Shown in pieces: positions 6,309 through 15,734 of a stretch of DNA of 64,000 nt (position 1 is its first letter; every line of letters begins with the position of its first letter). The DNA is from a virus. Where the stretch lies: the IMG/VR virus record IMGVR_UViG_3300036851_000218, positions 1 through 64,000 of that record; one strand, given 5' to 3'. The position numbers and the translations under genes are program-made. The notes below the pieces were generated by a model. The model did no database searches. It was not told where the DNA came from and saw nothing but the letters and a program-made list of their open reading frames with translations.

Positions 6309-8087
6309 ATGAAGAAAATTAAAATCAACGAAGAACAATTACGCGCTCGGTGTTTGCAACCGGAGACGGAGTTCTTTGAACTTGGTGAAGTTGTAACCAC
6401 TCAGGGACGCGGTGTGAATGCCCAGGAATCATTCTATATCTATAAAGATAATGGAGCGAAAGTCCTGGCAGTGGCGCATCTGGACTCAGTTATTATGCCC
6501 GATGAAAACTGGACATTCGAACGGGCGCGGTTAGGCCGCAACGGAGCGAAGCAAAACTATATCTGGAATCCGCAGTTAGATGATCGTCTAGGTGTGTACA
6601 TCATTCTGGATTTGCTGCCATCATTAATCGGTGAAGATCAGTACGATATTCTGCTGACCACCGACGAAGAAATTGGCGCAACTACGGCTGAAAACTTTGT
6701 AGCGCCAGCGGGTAAACAGTATAATTGGATTTTCCAATTTGACCGACGCGGCACAGGTGTAGTGCTTTATAATTATCAAGGCGGTGATTGGACACCCGCT
6801 GTCAGTGAATTTTTAACTGTCCAGCAAGGTTCGTTCTCGGACATTTCACGGCTGGAACACCTGGGTTGTAAGGCTATGAACGTTGGCACAGGCTACCACG
6901 ATGAACACCGTGATATGTGTTATATGATCGTAGAAGAAACCGAAGCCCAAGTCCGTAAGTTTCTGCGGTTCTATTACACCTATCGGGATGTGCATTTCCC
7001 GCACACAAAGGTTGTTACCCGTTACGGTGGCTACAGCCGATGGGACGATGAGGTTTACGAGAATGATTGGGTAAAAAATTATGGCACAGGCGGTTCAGGT
7101 TGGTGGGATGCATCTACTAATACGTGGCAGACAGGTACAAAACCCTCTTCCGGTACGATTAATGCCGACACTATCAGGGGGAAATACCTGACCAACAACA
7201 GCGCCAAGCTGACCCCATCTGAGTGGGTTAAACGACCCGACGTAACCGTTTTCACGATGAAACTGGACGGTCACGACCATAAGATTAAAATGTATAGTGA
7301 TCCGATCACAGGCCGACAGGCAATACACTGCGAGTCCTGCGGTGAAATCGAGCCTGTCGAGTCGATGTACTGGACAAAGCTAGAAGGTTTCCCTGTTTGC
7401 GAATCGTGCTACAATCTGAATAAAATGCCTGAGTTAAAGGCAGCGGATTTTTTGGAACTGAGGAATGAGTGGGGTGCAATCGAAGAGGACGGTACACAGT
7501 GGCATACACCAGACCGTCTGGTTTGGATTGCAGAAGGCGGATGGATCAGGAAATCCGGTTATAGCTGGATCAGGATCACGCCCCGTTGGGATCAGTTATA
7601 CGGTTGCCCCACAGGTTCAGTACCTAAAGCGGTTAGCTGCTCCCGTTGTCAGCAACCTGAATGGCAAGATGCGGCTGTTTTAAAGAAAGGCGCAGGACGT
7701 AAAGGACAGGATGTTTATTACTGCCGTTGGTGTGATGCCCATACTGGCGGCGATACAACCGAAGATGAAGAGGACGATACCGCTTACGGTTATGCTGATG
7801 ATGACGGTATGCGCCAACCCGACTATGCAGGTATCCTTGAGAAAGCTGGACGGGTCTACGATGATACATTAAATAGCCTGGATAACATTTTGTTGCTGCC
7901 TGCTGCTGGTGATACTCAGGAGATGGAAGGAATTGATTTGCAAGAAGATAGTTACGGCATGATGGATAACACCTGGGATCAGGATTGGCACTATACTGTA
8001 ACCGAAGATGGTCGTTCGTTTTGGGTACGTAATGGTCAATACATTCCGGTAGTGAATGACCCAACCGACGGGGAAGGCGCTGTATAA
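6309..8087 (+). CDS. M28/M20-like zinc metallopeptidase with C-terminal Zn fingers
   Basis: AHLDSV, LDDRLG, DEEIG, FDRRG, SFSDI, GYHDEH ligand motifs; CESC/CESC, CSRC/CRWC. Confidence 0.8.
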   Translation: MKKIKINEEQLRARCLQPETEFFELGEVVTTQGRGVNAQESFYIYKDNGAKVLAVAHLDSVIMPDENWTFERARLGRNGAKQNYIWNPQLDDRLGVYIILDLLPSLIGEDQYDILLTTDEEIGATTAENFVAPAGKQYNWIFQFDRRGTGVVLYNYQGGDWTPAVSEFLTVQQGSFSDISRLEHLGCKAMNVGTGYHDEHRDMCYMIVEETEAQVRKFLRFYYTYRDVHFPHTKVVTRYGGYSRWDDEVYENDWVKNYGTGGSGWWDASTNTWQTGTKPSSGTINADTIRGKYLTNNSAKLTPSEWVKRPDVTVFTMKLDGHDHKIKMYSDPITGRQAIHCESCGEIEPVESMYWTKLEGFPVCESCYNLNKMPELKAADFLELRNEWGAIEEDGTQWHTPDRLVWIAEGGWIRKSGYSWIRITPRWDQLYGCPTGSVPKAVSCSRCQQPEWQDAAVLKKGAGRKGQDVYYCRWCDAHTGGDTTEDEEDDTAYGYADDDGMRQPDYAGILEKAGRVYDDTLNSLDNILLLPAAGDTQEMEGIDLQEDSYGMMDNTWDQDWHYTVTEDGRSFWVRNGQYIPVVNDPTDGEGAV

Positions 8088-8686
8088 TGCCTAGAGTTAA
8101 AACTTTGAAACCGCCGTTGACTGAAACCGATGTTGCCATGATGGAGTGGCTAGACACATTTTGGTCAACGACGTTCAAGAACCGCGCCCGTGCTACCATC
8201 CGTTTTGCCGACGGACTCGATGACGCTGTTACCGCTTTTCGTATGGCGGTAACACGCGATTGGTCGGACACAACCTTCACAATATGGGGTAGGCGGTTTT
8301 CTTTCACAGAGGTAAACTTTCGTAACGTAGTAGAGAACTTGTGGTCAAGTTGCCGTCGGGGAAACCAGCGTAAAATGGTACAGGTGTTCATGGTGCAATT
8401 ATCCTCACGTTATCTATCCGTGCCGACACAAGGATACTTTTTTGTGCTGGCAACTGATGACCCGAACTACTATAACCGCGCTTATCGGCACAGCTATAAC
8501 AGCCACAACGTCTTGTCCGAGTTTACTTACCAGCCAGAAACAAAGGCTGGCGCTGTCCAGAAATTGTTAGAACTGCGGGATGCTTTGCGGAGTCAGGGCG
8601 CTCGTATTGAAATGGACGTTAAGATCGGCAACCTGAAACTGGATGGGTATAATCTTCGTCCATATTATATGTACGAAAACATATAG
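8087..8686 (+). CDS. paralog family A member
   Basis: AFRMAVTRDW...EVNFRNVV...KIGN...RPYYMYE. Confidence 0.7.
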   Translation: MPRVKTLKPPLTETDVAMMEWLDTFWSTTFKNRARATIRFADGLDDAVTAFRMAVTRDWSDTTFTIWGRRFSFTEVNFRNVVENLWSSCRRGNQRKMVQVFMVQLSSRYLSVPTQGYFFVLATDDPNYYNRAYRHSYNSHNVLSEFTYQPETKAGAVQKLLELRDALRSQGARIEMDVKIGNLKLDGYNLRPYYMYENI

Positions 8687-8694
8687 GGGGTTGT

Positions 8695-9468
8695 ATGGCT
8701 AGTAACATGGCTAACCTGGATACAATTAGTAACTACGAACAGATGATGTTGCGTAAAAAAGCAGAACAGGAACAGAGGATACAAACTGTACAAGACGAAT
8801 CTAAAGAGATGAATAGGTTTGTTATGCAGTTGCTTGGCAACCATATACCGGACAGCGAAACATTAAACACGATTGAGTACCTGTACAACATGCCAGAAAA
8901 TATGAGCCGGACAATGGTAGAAAAGCATACGTTTTTGGGGTCACTTATTCGCTCCAAGAAAGCCCGTAGAGAGGCATCGAAACAGATGGCGAGTAAATGC
9001 CTTACAGCTAAAGAGTTAAAACAAGCCATGATGATTTGCTGGACAGAAGATTGGCTGTCGCCGCAGAAATATGTGTATGACGCTTTCGATCAAGAGCATT
9101 TGAAAGTTGATATGCGTCATGCTGATTGGCAGTTCATAGCAGACCGTGTATTAGAAATCGATAACATAGTACCAACTTTCCCACGAAATCTTTACATATA
9201 TGGTGTGAGCCGACGCGAATTTACAGGATTGGCATCTCGCTTTGAGGTCTTAGGAACAGATCAAATTGAGACGCTGCGGTTGGCTAACCGTTTGAATAAC
9301 GTAAGTTCTCATTCAATAACATTTTCAACAATGTCTGTACAATCTATGGACGATGTTGAGAGACTGTTCATACAGTATCAATTACGGACACATCCGTACC
9401 TGTTATTAGGATGTCGAGAACTTCGTCCAGGCTATTCACGGCCTATGTATGGAGGGGAAATGCGATGA
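8695..9468 (+). CDS. paralog family A member
   Basis: AMMICWTEDW...HADWQFIA...LGCR...RPMYG. Confidence 0.7.
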   Translation: MASNMANLDTISNYEQMMLRKKAEQEQRIQTVQDESKEMNRFVMQLLGNHIPDSETLNTIEYLYNMPENMSRTMVEKHTFLGSLIRSKKARREASKQMASKCLTAKELKQAMMICWTEDWLSPQKYVYDAFDQEHLKVDMRHADWQFIADRVLEIDNIVPTFPRNLYIYGVSRREFTGLASRFEVLGTDQIETLRLANRLNNVSSHSITFSTMSVQSMDDVERLFIQYQLRTHPYLLLGCRELRPGYSRPMYGGEMR

Positions 9469-10145
9469 GTTACATGTCAAGACTAGCCAAACATGCAGAC
9501 ATGGCGGATTTAATAGCAGGAAAAGTGGACAGTTACACCGCTGCATTCTTAGCGGATTGGAGGAATCATTTGCGGGATGGATCAGCCACAGCAGATTGGT
9601 TAATGGAAGCGACAATATCTTCTATTGATAATGCCATTGTATTTCAGGACGGTTTCAATTCATTCCGTATGTGTGTAACTGATGATTACCTGCGGCGGGA
9701 ACGGTGGGGGTATTTATGGGAAAACATGGACTTAAAGGGGATGTATACCGCATTTTGGGATATGCTACGTAACCCTGACCGTAAGCCAAGAATGTTATAC
9801 ATGGTGGCTTATTCTTACTGGCACAAATGGGATACGTATCTGTCCGAAGAATACCACAACCACTATATTGTACATGACAAACCGGATAGGTTGGCAGAAA
9901 AGGCTGATTACTATAACAGAACCACATTACATGCAGGTTACTGCACTTATGATATAACCCGCGTGGAGGCCGAACTCGGTGAAATTACTGAGGAAACAGT
10001 GATGGATATGTGGAAACTACTATCCCCCTATAATAAAGACATGGATGTGTTGTTAAACTGTTACTTCACTTACGATGTTACTATTGGTAATTATCGCTTT
10101 GACGAAGGCACAACTCGCCCCCGAATATATGGAGAACGACTTTAG
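9465..10145 (+). CDS. paralog family A member
   Basis: SFRMCVTDDY...NMDLKGMY...TIGNY...RPRIYGE; GGAGG RBS, ATGA overlap. Confidence 0.7.
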   Translation: MSYMSRLAKHADMADLIAGKVDSYTAAFLADWRNHLRDGSATADWLMEATISSIDNAIVFQDGFNSFRMCVTDDYLRRERWGYLWENMDLKGMYTAFWDMLRNPDRKPRMLYMVAYSYWHKWDTYLSEEYHNHYIVHDKPDRLAEKADYYNRTTLHAGYCTYDITRVEAELGEITEETVMDMWKLLSPYNKDMDVLLNCYFTYDVTIGNYRFDEGTTRPRIYGERL

Positions 10146-10148
10146 GGA

Positions 10149-10177
10149 TTGACAGATTTCCAATTCTGAGCTATTCT
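10149..10177 (+). promoter_or_regulatory. sigma70-type promoter
   Basis: TTGACA-17 nt-TATTCT. Confidence 0.7.
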
Positions 10178-10205
10178 AGTAAAATCAAAACGAAAGGAAA
10201 CCACT

Positions 10206-11360
10206 ATGTCTTTTACCCTGGTAAATATAATAGAAGTAGATAACAAATGGCTCGTTCCGCCTATCATGCCCAAGTCTAATGGTTATGAGTCTGCTGATAA
10301 ATGGGACGCTTTGGATTGGGCAAGCGCCGAAGCGCATGAATATGAAAAGAAAACAGGTCGGATTAAAATTCCGGTGCTGTCAGATAATACTGTAGTCAAG
10401 CGTTACCGTGTACAGTTAGGGGATAAAGCTGTCAAACGGCTGGAACTGGACACCCGCGAAATTCACCGTCTACCTGTCTATAATATCCGCTTCATTCCCA
10501 TGCCGCCGTCATTGGCACAAGAGAACGGGTTGTCAATTGGATCATCTACAAATTATGGCGTTTATTTCGGCATCGTAATTAGCAGGGGAAAATGGGCATC
10601 GGTGTGTACTTCGCAGGTGCGTAAGACAGAAATGACTGATAACTTATCCTGGTCGAACCATTCGGTGCAGCGCCTTAAGATGCAGTATAATTACCCCAAG
10701 AACCGATACATGCCGGATGATGAACCTACACCGCCGATTGCACCGCAGTCTGAGTCACCTAAACGTACCGCAGACAAATTCAGCGCCTTTTATTCTCCGT
10801 ATAATAAAATGAGCATTACGGCAGAAGAGTTAGGCCAAGCCTTTAGCCGTATCACTGACTCATTATCCAGTATGGCGCTCTCTTCTGCGCCCCGTCCTGA
10901 ACCAATTATAGATGATGCACACCGACGCGAAATGCTTTATGGTCAATTTATTAGGCCAGAACCATCAGTGGAAGATGCTAACCCACGACGGAATGAATCC
11001 TATCAAGAGTGGTTGAACCGACGCTATCCTGAGTTGACTCATCAACCACCGCGACTACACGCATCTTGGGACGATCCTATAACTTTTAATCCGCTGCCGC
11101 GCATTGTGGCTTTCGATCCAGGGGCAAATTCACCGACGGATATTCCAGATCGTTACTTTGGTCAACATAATTGGGTATCCAGTGGAACAATCTCAGGCCA
11201 TTATACACCGCCGCCAATAGCGGAAGAAGATTTTCCTGACAATCCTGTACCGGAAACTGATGGGAATGTGACAGCCGAACTTGATTTCAACAATGATAAT
11301 CCGCACAGCTTTATGGATGGGTTAATTGAGTTGTTAGATGGGGGTGACACCGATGAATAA
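10206..11360 (+). CDS. hypothetical protein, Pro-rich C-terminal half
   Basis: AAGGA RBS, 384 aa. Confidence 0.7.
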   Translation: MSFTLVNIIEVDNKWLVPPIMPKSNGYESADKWDALDWASAEAHEYEKKTGRIKIPVLSDNTVVKRYRVQLGDKAVKRLELDTREIHRLPVYNIRFIPMPPSLAQENGLSIGSSTNYGVYFGIVISRGKWASVCTSQVRKTEMTDNLSWSNHSVQRLKMQYNYPKNRYMPDDEPTPPIAPQSESPKRTADKFSAFYSPYNKMSITAEELGQAFSRITDSLSSMALSSAPRPEPIIDDAHRREMLYGQFIRPEPSVEDANPRRNESYQEWLNRRYPELTHQPPRLHASWDDPITFNPLPRIVAFDPGANSPTDIPDRYFGQHNWVSSGTISGHYTPPPIAEEDFPDNPVPETDGNVTAELDFNNDNPHSFMDGLIELLDGGDTDE

Positions 11361-11739
11361 AAAATATCCGCAGTCGATATTAAATCAAGTAATTCAGAAA
11401 AACCGTAAAGACTTCAACGACGGTTTACAAACTGCTTTTGGTGTGTGGGTTGTCCTCCTAGTCGTAATTGTTTTAACCAATGCGGGTGCGGGACTGGCCT
11501 TTATAGTGGGTACTTTGTCCGGCACGGCTCTTACTCAAGCATTGTTCGGAAAACGTACAGGTATGTATATACAAACCATGTCCCAACAAATCAAGGACAA
11601 CCCCGAACTGGCAATCCGTATTGCAGACGTTATGCAGACGGAGAATAATCCAATCCCGCCGCTGTTTGGTATGGGCGATCAGAAAGAAATAGTAGCGTTT
11701 CGTAAGAAACTAGGTGAAAAATTCCATGACAATTCCTGA
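11353..11739 (+). CDS. membrane protein (2 TM)
   Basis: Two hydrophobic segments. Confidence 0.65.
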   Translation: MNKKYPQSILNQVIQKNRKDFNDGLQTAFGVWVVLLVVIVLTNAGAGLAFIVGTLSGTALTQALFGKRTGMYIQTMSQQIKDNPELAIRIADVMQTENNPIPPLFGMGDQKEIVAFRKKLGEKFHDNS

Positions 11740-12214
11740 TTATGTGCAGGAAGCCTTCGATGCTTATAAGACTGCTGCCGATAACCTCAGAGACTTCCGA
11801 TCTGAGGTCGGTAACATTATAGAAAAAGAAGAAGAGATGACGCGGGAAAAAACGAATGCGCGTCGTGTACTTGACAACTCTGTATTAAAGTATTACAATA
11901 GTGATAGTTCGCAACGATCTTTTTTTGACGATAGTGTTAGTATACACAAAGATATTGTATTAGAGATTGTCGATGAATCCTGGGCGCTACGCGCCATCTT
12001 AGCTTTCTGCGACAACTATCAACAGACATACAGCGTTGATATGCGTACAGCATTCCTGAAAATTCTAGTAGGTTCGCTTAAGGAAAAGTTGTTAGCCGAT
12101 CCTGCGGCCTTCGGACTGGTAGACATTTCGAATGGTGAGCATGACATCCACTGGATCAGCCCAGGTTTCGAAGTCAAAACAGTTGATAAAGTAACAGTAA
12201 CTAATAAGGTATGA
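11726..12214 (+). CDS. hypothetical protein with N-terminal coiled coil
   Basis: ORF coupled to both neighbours. Confidence 0.65.
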   Translation: MTIPDYVQEAFDAYKTAADNLRDFRSEVGNIIEKEEEMTREKTNARRVLDNSVLKYYNSDSSQRSFFDDSVSIHKDIVLEIVDESWALRAILAFCDNYQQTYSVDMRTAFLKILVGSLKEKLLADPAAFGLVDISNGEHDIHWISPGFEVKTVDKVTVTNKV

Positions 12215-12798
12215 GAAGATATATAATACTTGTATACCTACTATGTGCATTTATCGTTTCCTTAACCATAACACTTTCAATAGTAGTCGGTAATAATTCT
12301 AAGCAATTTGATATTAAGCTATACGAAAAGTATATGCCAGGGCAATCTGTGTATTCGTCACAATGCGACAAAGTTATCTGGCACAATACTTATTATAGTC
12401 AACGATTAAATTCCGCACCTGCATTCTCCTGTACTATTTTATTTACCCATAATCCAGTTGTCAGTGTATCCCTTACTATCGAAGACTCGCATATAATAAC
12501 ATATACTATCATAAGTTTTGATCCAGGTCGGGTTCAATTTGACGACATTTTAGATGACTATTCGAATGTTATATTAAAACCATACCGAAAATATGTCATT
12601 GTATATGACAAAAATATATTATCTGCCGTACTTAACTATATGTTACGACCATCTAAAACTTATAACTGGCAGAAAAATATGGGCGTTCTTTTTGTAAGAC
12701 GACCATACATTGTAGTAGCGGATAACATAACTATCTATACAAACTGGAAAAAAGGTACAGACCTATTTGGCGTTTCGCAATTAATTATTAGGAAATAA
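12211..12798 (+). CDS. membrane-anchored/secreted protein
   Basis: N-terminal TM; visibly AT-rich. Confidence 0.6.
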   Translation: MRRYIILVYLLCAFIVSLTITLSIVVGNNSKQFDIKLYEKYMPGQSVYSSQCDKVIWHNTYYSQRLNSAPAFSCTILFTHNPVVSVSLTIEDSHIITYTIISFDPGRVQFDDILDDYSNVILKPYRKYVIVYDKNILSAVLNYMLRPSKTYNWQKNMGVLFVRRPYIVVADNITIYTNWKKGTDLFGVSQLIIRK

Positions 12799-12800
12799 CA

Positions 12801-13127
12801 ATGTTCAATCCAAACAAAATTAAGCCTGGGCAAATCTCACGGACGCAGGCAGTTAAACCATTACCTGTGTTTGCCCCACGTGTTATTCCGGCTGACCCTA
12901 TATGTAATACGGCACAGTGTAAAAATCCAGCAGAGTTTATGATGGCTGGCAGTAAAGGATTTCACTTCGTTTGTACAGGCTGCGCGTTCAACGAGTCGGA
13001 GGCTATGCGCCTATCGGGAAAAAACCCGCACGACTATTTGTTGAAACTGCACACGCTGGAAGAGTTTGAAGAGTTGCGGAAAAAGAACGAAGTGCGAGTG
13101 CCATCTATTACACCTGCGGATGAGTAA
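12801..13127 (+). CDS. small Zn-finger protein
   Basis: CxxxxC...CxxC. Confidence 0.65.
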   Translation: MFNPNKIKPGQISRTQAVKPLPVFAPRVIPADPICNTAQCKNPAEFMMAGSKGFHFVCTGCAFNESEAMRLSGKNPHDYLLKLHTLEEFEELRKKNEVRVPSITPADE

Positions 13128-13131
13128 CCGC

Positions 13132-13160
13132 TTGCCAAAATTTGAAATCTGTGGTAGTCT
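13132..13160 (+). promoter_or_regulatory. sigma70-type promoter
   Basis: TTGCCA-17 nt-TAGTCT, TGTGn. Confidence 0.65.
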
Positions 13161-13176
13161 GTAGTTGTGAGGAAAA

Positions 13177-13659
13177 ATGATCGACCAATTTACTCGACTT
13201 TGTAACGCTTATCAAGCCATGACCGATCACCTGGGAGTACCCTATGAAGGGCATGTATCCGAAATCCTGTATTATAGAAATCTACAGGAGTATAGCGAAA
13301 GCCCAACACCAGAGTCCGCTAGGATTATCTTCTCGTATGCGTCAGACAAAGGACTTATGGCGCAAGGAAAGATGCCCCTACGAGTTCTGGAATACCCCCA
13401 CATAGAACGCTATGCACGGATGTACTTCTATTGGAACAGGACGGTGGTGGACACCTTTGAAATACATATCGATCCACGTCGCCACCGGAAAAATTCGCAC
13501 ATCCGCTACGAGAAAACTGTGTACGATGTGCGAGAGGATTATGATGGGTACATGGAATCGACAGTAGCGCATAGGTTTATAAACTCATACAAGTTACAAA
13601 CGTTCCTAAAAATTGGAGATCGAAACGATCACGAAAACATCCAGCTATGGAATATATAA
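13177..13659 (+). CDS. hypothetical protein (possible divergent family A member)
   Basis: GAGG RBS; C-terminal FLKIGDR. Confidence 0.6.
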   Translation: MIDQFTRLCNAYQAMTDHLGVPYEGHVSEILYYRNLQEYSESPTPESARIIFSYASDKGLMAQGKMPLRVLEYPHIERYARMYFYWNRTVVDTFEIHIDPRRHRKNSHIRYEKTVYDVREDYDGYMESTVAHRFINSYKLQTFLKIGDRNDHENIQLWNI

Positions 13660-13671
13660 GGAGTAAAAATC

Positions 13672-14337
13672 ATGGCAACGAGTTCGTCAGGCATTCGAGA
13701 GCGTTACGAAGCAGAGCAGCGTAACCGACGCATCCAAAACTCCGAACCGCAGCGCCCCATTAACCGAAAGAACGGTAAGCAGCGGGACGGACGTTACGAT
13801 GAACGATATGACGATAGATACGATGATCGGTATGATAGTAGGTATGATGACCGTATACCGGATCGGGGCGGCTCACGCTTCTCCAACTCACCGCAGCGCA
13901 GCCAAGTAATCACGTTGAACCGTCTGGTGATTGAATGGTGGTTCATGGATAATACTATAGAAGTAGAAGAACGTGGCAGGAAGGTGGTGAAAAAAGAGCC
14001 TATCCTTATCCCCATCTTCACCGATATGTACTACTCGGACAAGTTCGGTGGACGGGCTAACCTGCAACACTGGAACGAATGGAAAAGCACCAACCTGCCG
14101 CTGCGGATTGACGGCATTGACTATAACGGAAAAGTGTACAAGCGAACCGATAAGGTCACACGTGAGGTATCGGAACGGGCAGACTTAGCCCACAATCAGA
14201 TGCTTGAGGCGGTGATTGACTTCTGGTTCACACCTAAACCTGATCCGAAAAAAGTCAAGCATTACGCTAGGGGATTTTTCCTGGCATCGTTTCTTATTAA
14301 CCTTGTGCTAATCTTGCACACCATTGGAGTATTTTAA
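13672..14337 (+). CDS. tail-anchored protein with RYDD repeats
   Basis: RYDE-RYDD-RYDD-RYDS-RYDD; C-terminal TM; AAGGAG RBS. Confidence 0.7.
   Translation: MATSSSGIRERYEAEQRNRRIQNSEPQRPINRKNGKQRDGRYDERYDDRYDDRYDSRYDDRIPDRGGSRFSNSPQRSQVITLNRLVIEWWFMDNTIEVEERGRKVVKKEPILIPIFTDMYYSDKFGGRANLQHWNEWKSTNLPLRIDGIDYNGKVYKRTDKVTREVSERADLAHNQMLEAVIDFWFTPKPDPKKVKHYARGFFLASFLINLVLILHTIGVF
13791..13853 (+). repeat. degenerate 12-nt tandem repeat (RYDD x5)
   Basis: Five RYDx units with varied synonymous codons. Confidence 0.7.
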
Positions 14338-14914
14338 ATTAATGAACGTAGGCGAAATTCGGTTAGTAGATGATAGCATAGGAAGGCTTATCAAATTAAC
14401 TGACACCACTGCAATTTTCCTTTGTCTCTCTTTCCCCTACTTCCGATCCATGCGCCTCAGTGACGCTGATAAATGTAAAAAGTTATCAGCGTCACTTGGA
14501 GATTTCCAGCAGTTATTAGACCTCCCCGCTAACAATGCCTGGACACTCACCGCATGGCGGGGAGAGTTAAAACGTTTGACGCAAGCTGCCATAGAAGAGT
14601 ATGAAGATAGTCTGGAAGATTTAGACGACGACGGAGAAACCAGTTTTGCGAGAATGGATTTACTATTGAAGAAAATTATTAAGCAGCAGATAGATGAATC
14701 AGATTGGTTAACTGATCCGGTGGGTCAGGAAAAAGTAATCCAATATTCTATTAACTATTTAGATGTTACACCCGACTTGATTTATAAGTTTGTCAAAGAT
14801 ACAGACCGCCATCGATGGCAGTCAATTAAAAAAGCATCAGCCACCGCACATCTGATGATTGATGTTTACCAGTCAGCTAAACTTAAATTAAAGAACAGCT
14901 TATCTGACTATTAG
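14324..14914 (+). CDS. hypothetical protein
   Basis: ORF track, 196 aa. Confidence 0.6.
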   Translation: MEYFKLMNVGEIRLVDDSIGRLIKLTDTTAIFLCLSFPYFRSMRLSDADKCKKLSASLGDFQQLLDLPANNAWTLTAWRGELKRLTQAAIEEYEDSLEDLDDDGETSFARMDLLLKKIIKQQIDESDWLTDPVGQEKVIQYSINYLDVTPDLIYKFVKDTDRHRWQSIKKASATAHLMIDVYQSAKLKLKNSLSDY

Positions 14915-15009
14915 GAATAGTATTACTTCCTTACATAATGCTTGAAAGTGGTCTTGACTTTTTGGTACTGAAAAACATAATATATAATTATGGTTTTGGA
15001 GACCATAAG

Positions 15010-15033
15010 TTAATAGAACAATTAATAGAACAA
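15010..15033. repeat. tandem direct repeat TTAATAGAACAA x2 in AT-rich intergenic gap
   Basis: Exact 12-nt duplication next to the inverted repeat at 14988-15008. Confidence 0.7.
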
Positions 15034-15090
15034 CACTTAGTTTAGGTCTTACCTGCTTAGCTTTAACATGACCCCCGCGAGGTACATATA

Positions 15091-15369
15091 ATGGACATAC
15101 ATAAGTTTAACAGATTAGAAAAATTGCCATACAGCCCTCTTATTGGATGTGAGACTGAATCAACTAACGGGTGGCACAGATTTGATGCTACTAAAATATT
15201 TTATTATAAGAACGGGTACGTGTTAGGTGTCATCTGGTTGTGGGCGTGGAAAAATAAAGATAGAAAATTTCATGGTTGCATCTATGATATAGAAACACAT
15301 AGACCAATTCACAGCTTTAAATTCAAATACCTACGAACGCTTATGCGATATATAAAACGACTATGTTAG
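15091..15369 (+). CDS. hypothetical protein
   Basis: GAGG RBS. Confidence 0.55.
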   Translation: MDIHKFNRLEKLPYSPLIGCETESTNGWHRFDATKIFYYKNGYVLGVIWLWAWKNKDRKFHGCIYDIETHRPIHSFKFKYLRTLMRYIKRLC

Positions 15370-15734
15370 ATGTATATATTGTACCTGAGTGGCATTTGCT
15401 CGATGACGACGCTAAGAACTATCTGATAGAAAAAGCATTGACAAAATTTTCAAAGTGGTGTACGATGGATTATGAAGCAGGGTACTACTCTGCTCGACAA
15501 CAGTTGGTAGACCACATCGTTGAAACAGACTTTATCCAAGTACAGGCAACTAATGTCTTATCTTATTGGGTTGACTATATGAACACCCTGAAAATAGATT
15601 TATCGGATAATAGTAAAATACGTAGTTTGTGGTACGAAGTGGTTTACTTACTGACCGACCACCATTGGGAGAAAGGGTTGCACCATTTGGTGCGCCGTAT
15701 TATGATTGAAAATTATGCATTACAAATTGGCTGA
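15363..15734 (+). CDS. hypothetical protein
   Basis: Coupled ORF. Confidence 0.6.
   Translation: MLDVYIVPEWHLLDDDAKNYLIEKALTKFSKWCTMDYEAGYYSARQQLVDHIVETDFIQVQATNVLSYWVDYMNTLKIDLSDNSKIRSLWYEVVYLLTDHHWEKGLHHLVRRIMIENYALQIG

Noticed and set aside
11095-11135. RIVAFDPG, RuvC-like first motif
   Set aside because: Isolated within a Pro-rich disordered tail with no further RuvC motifs.
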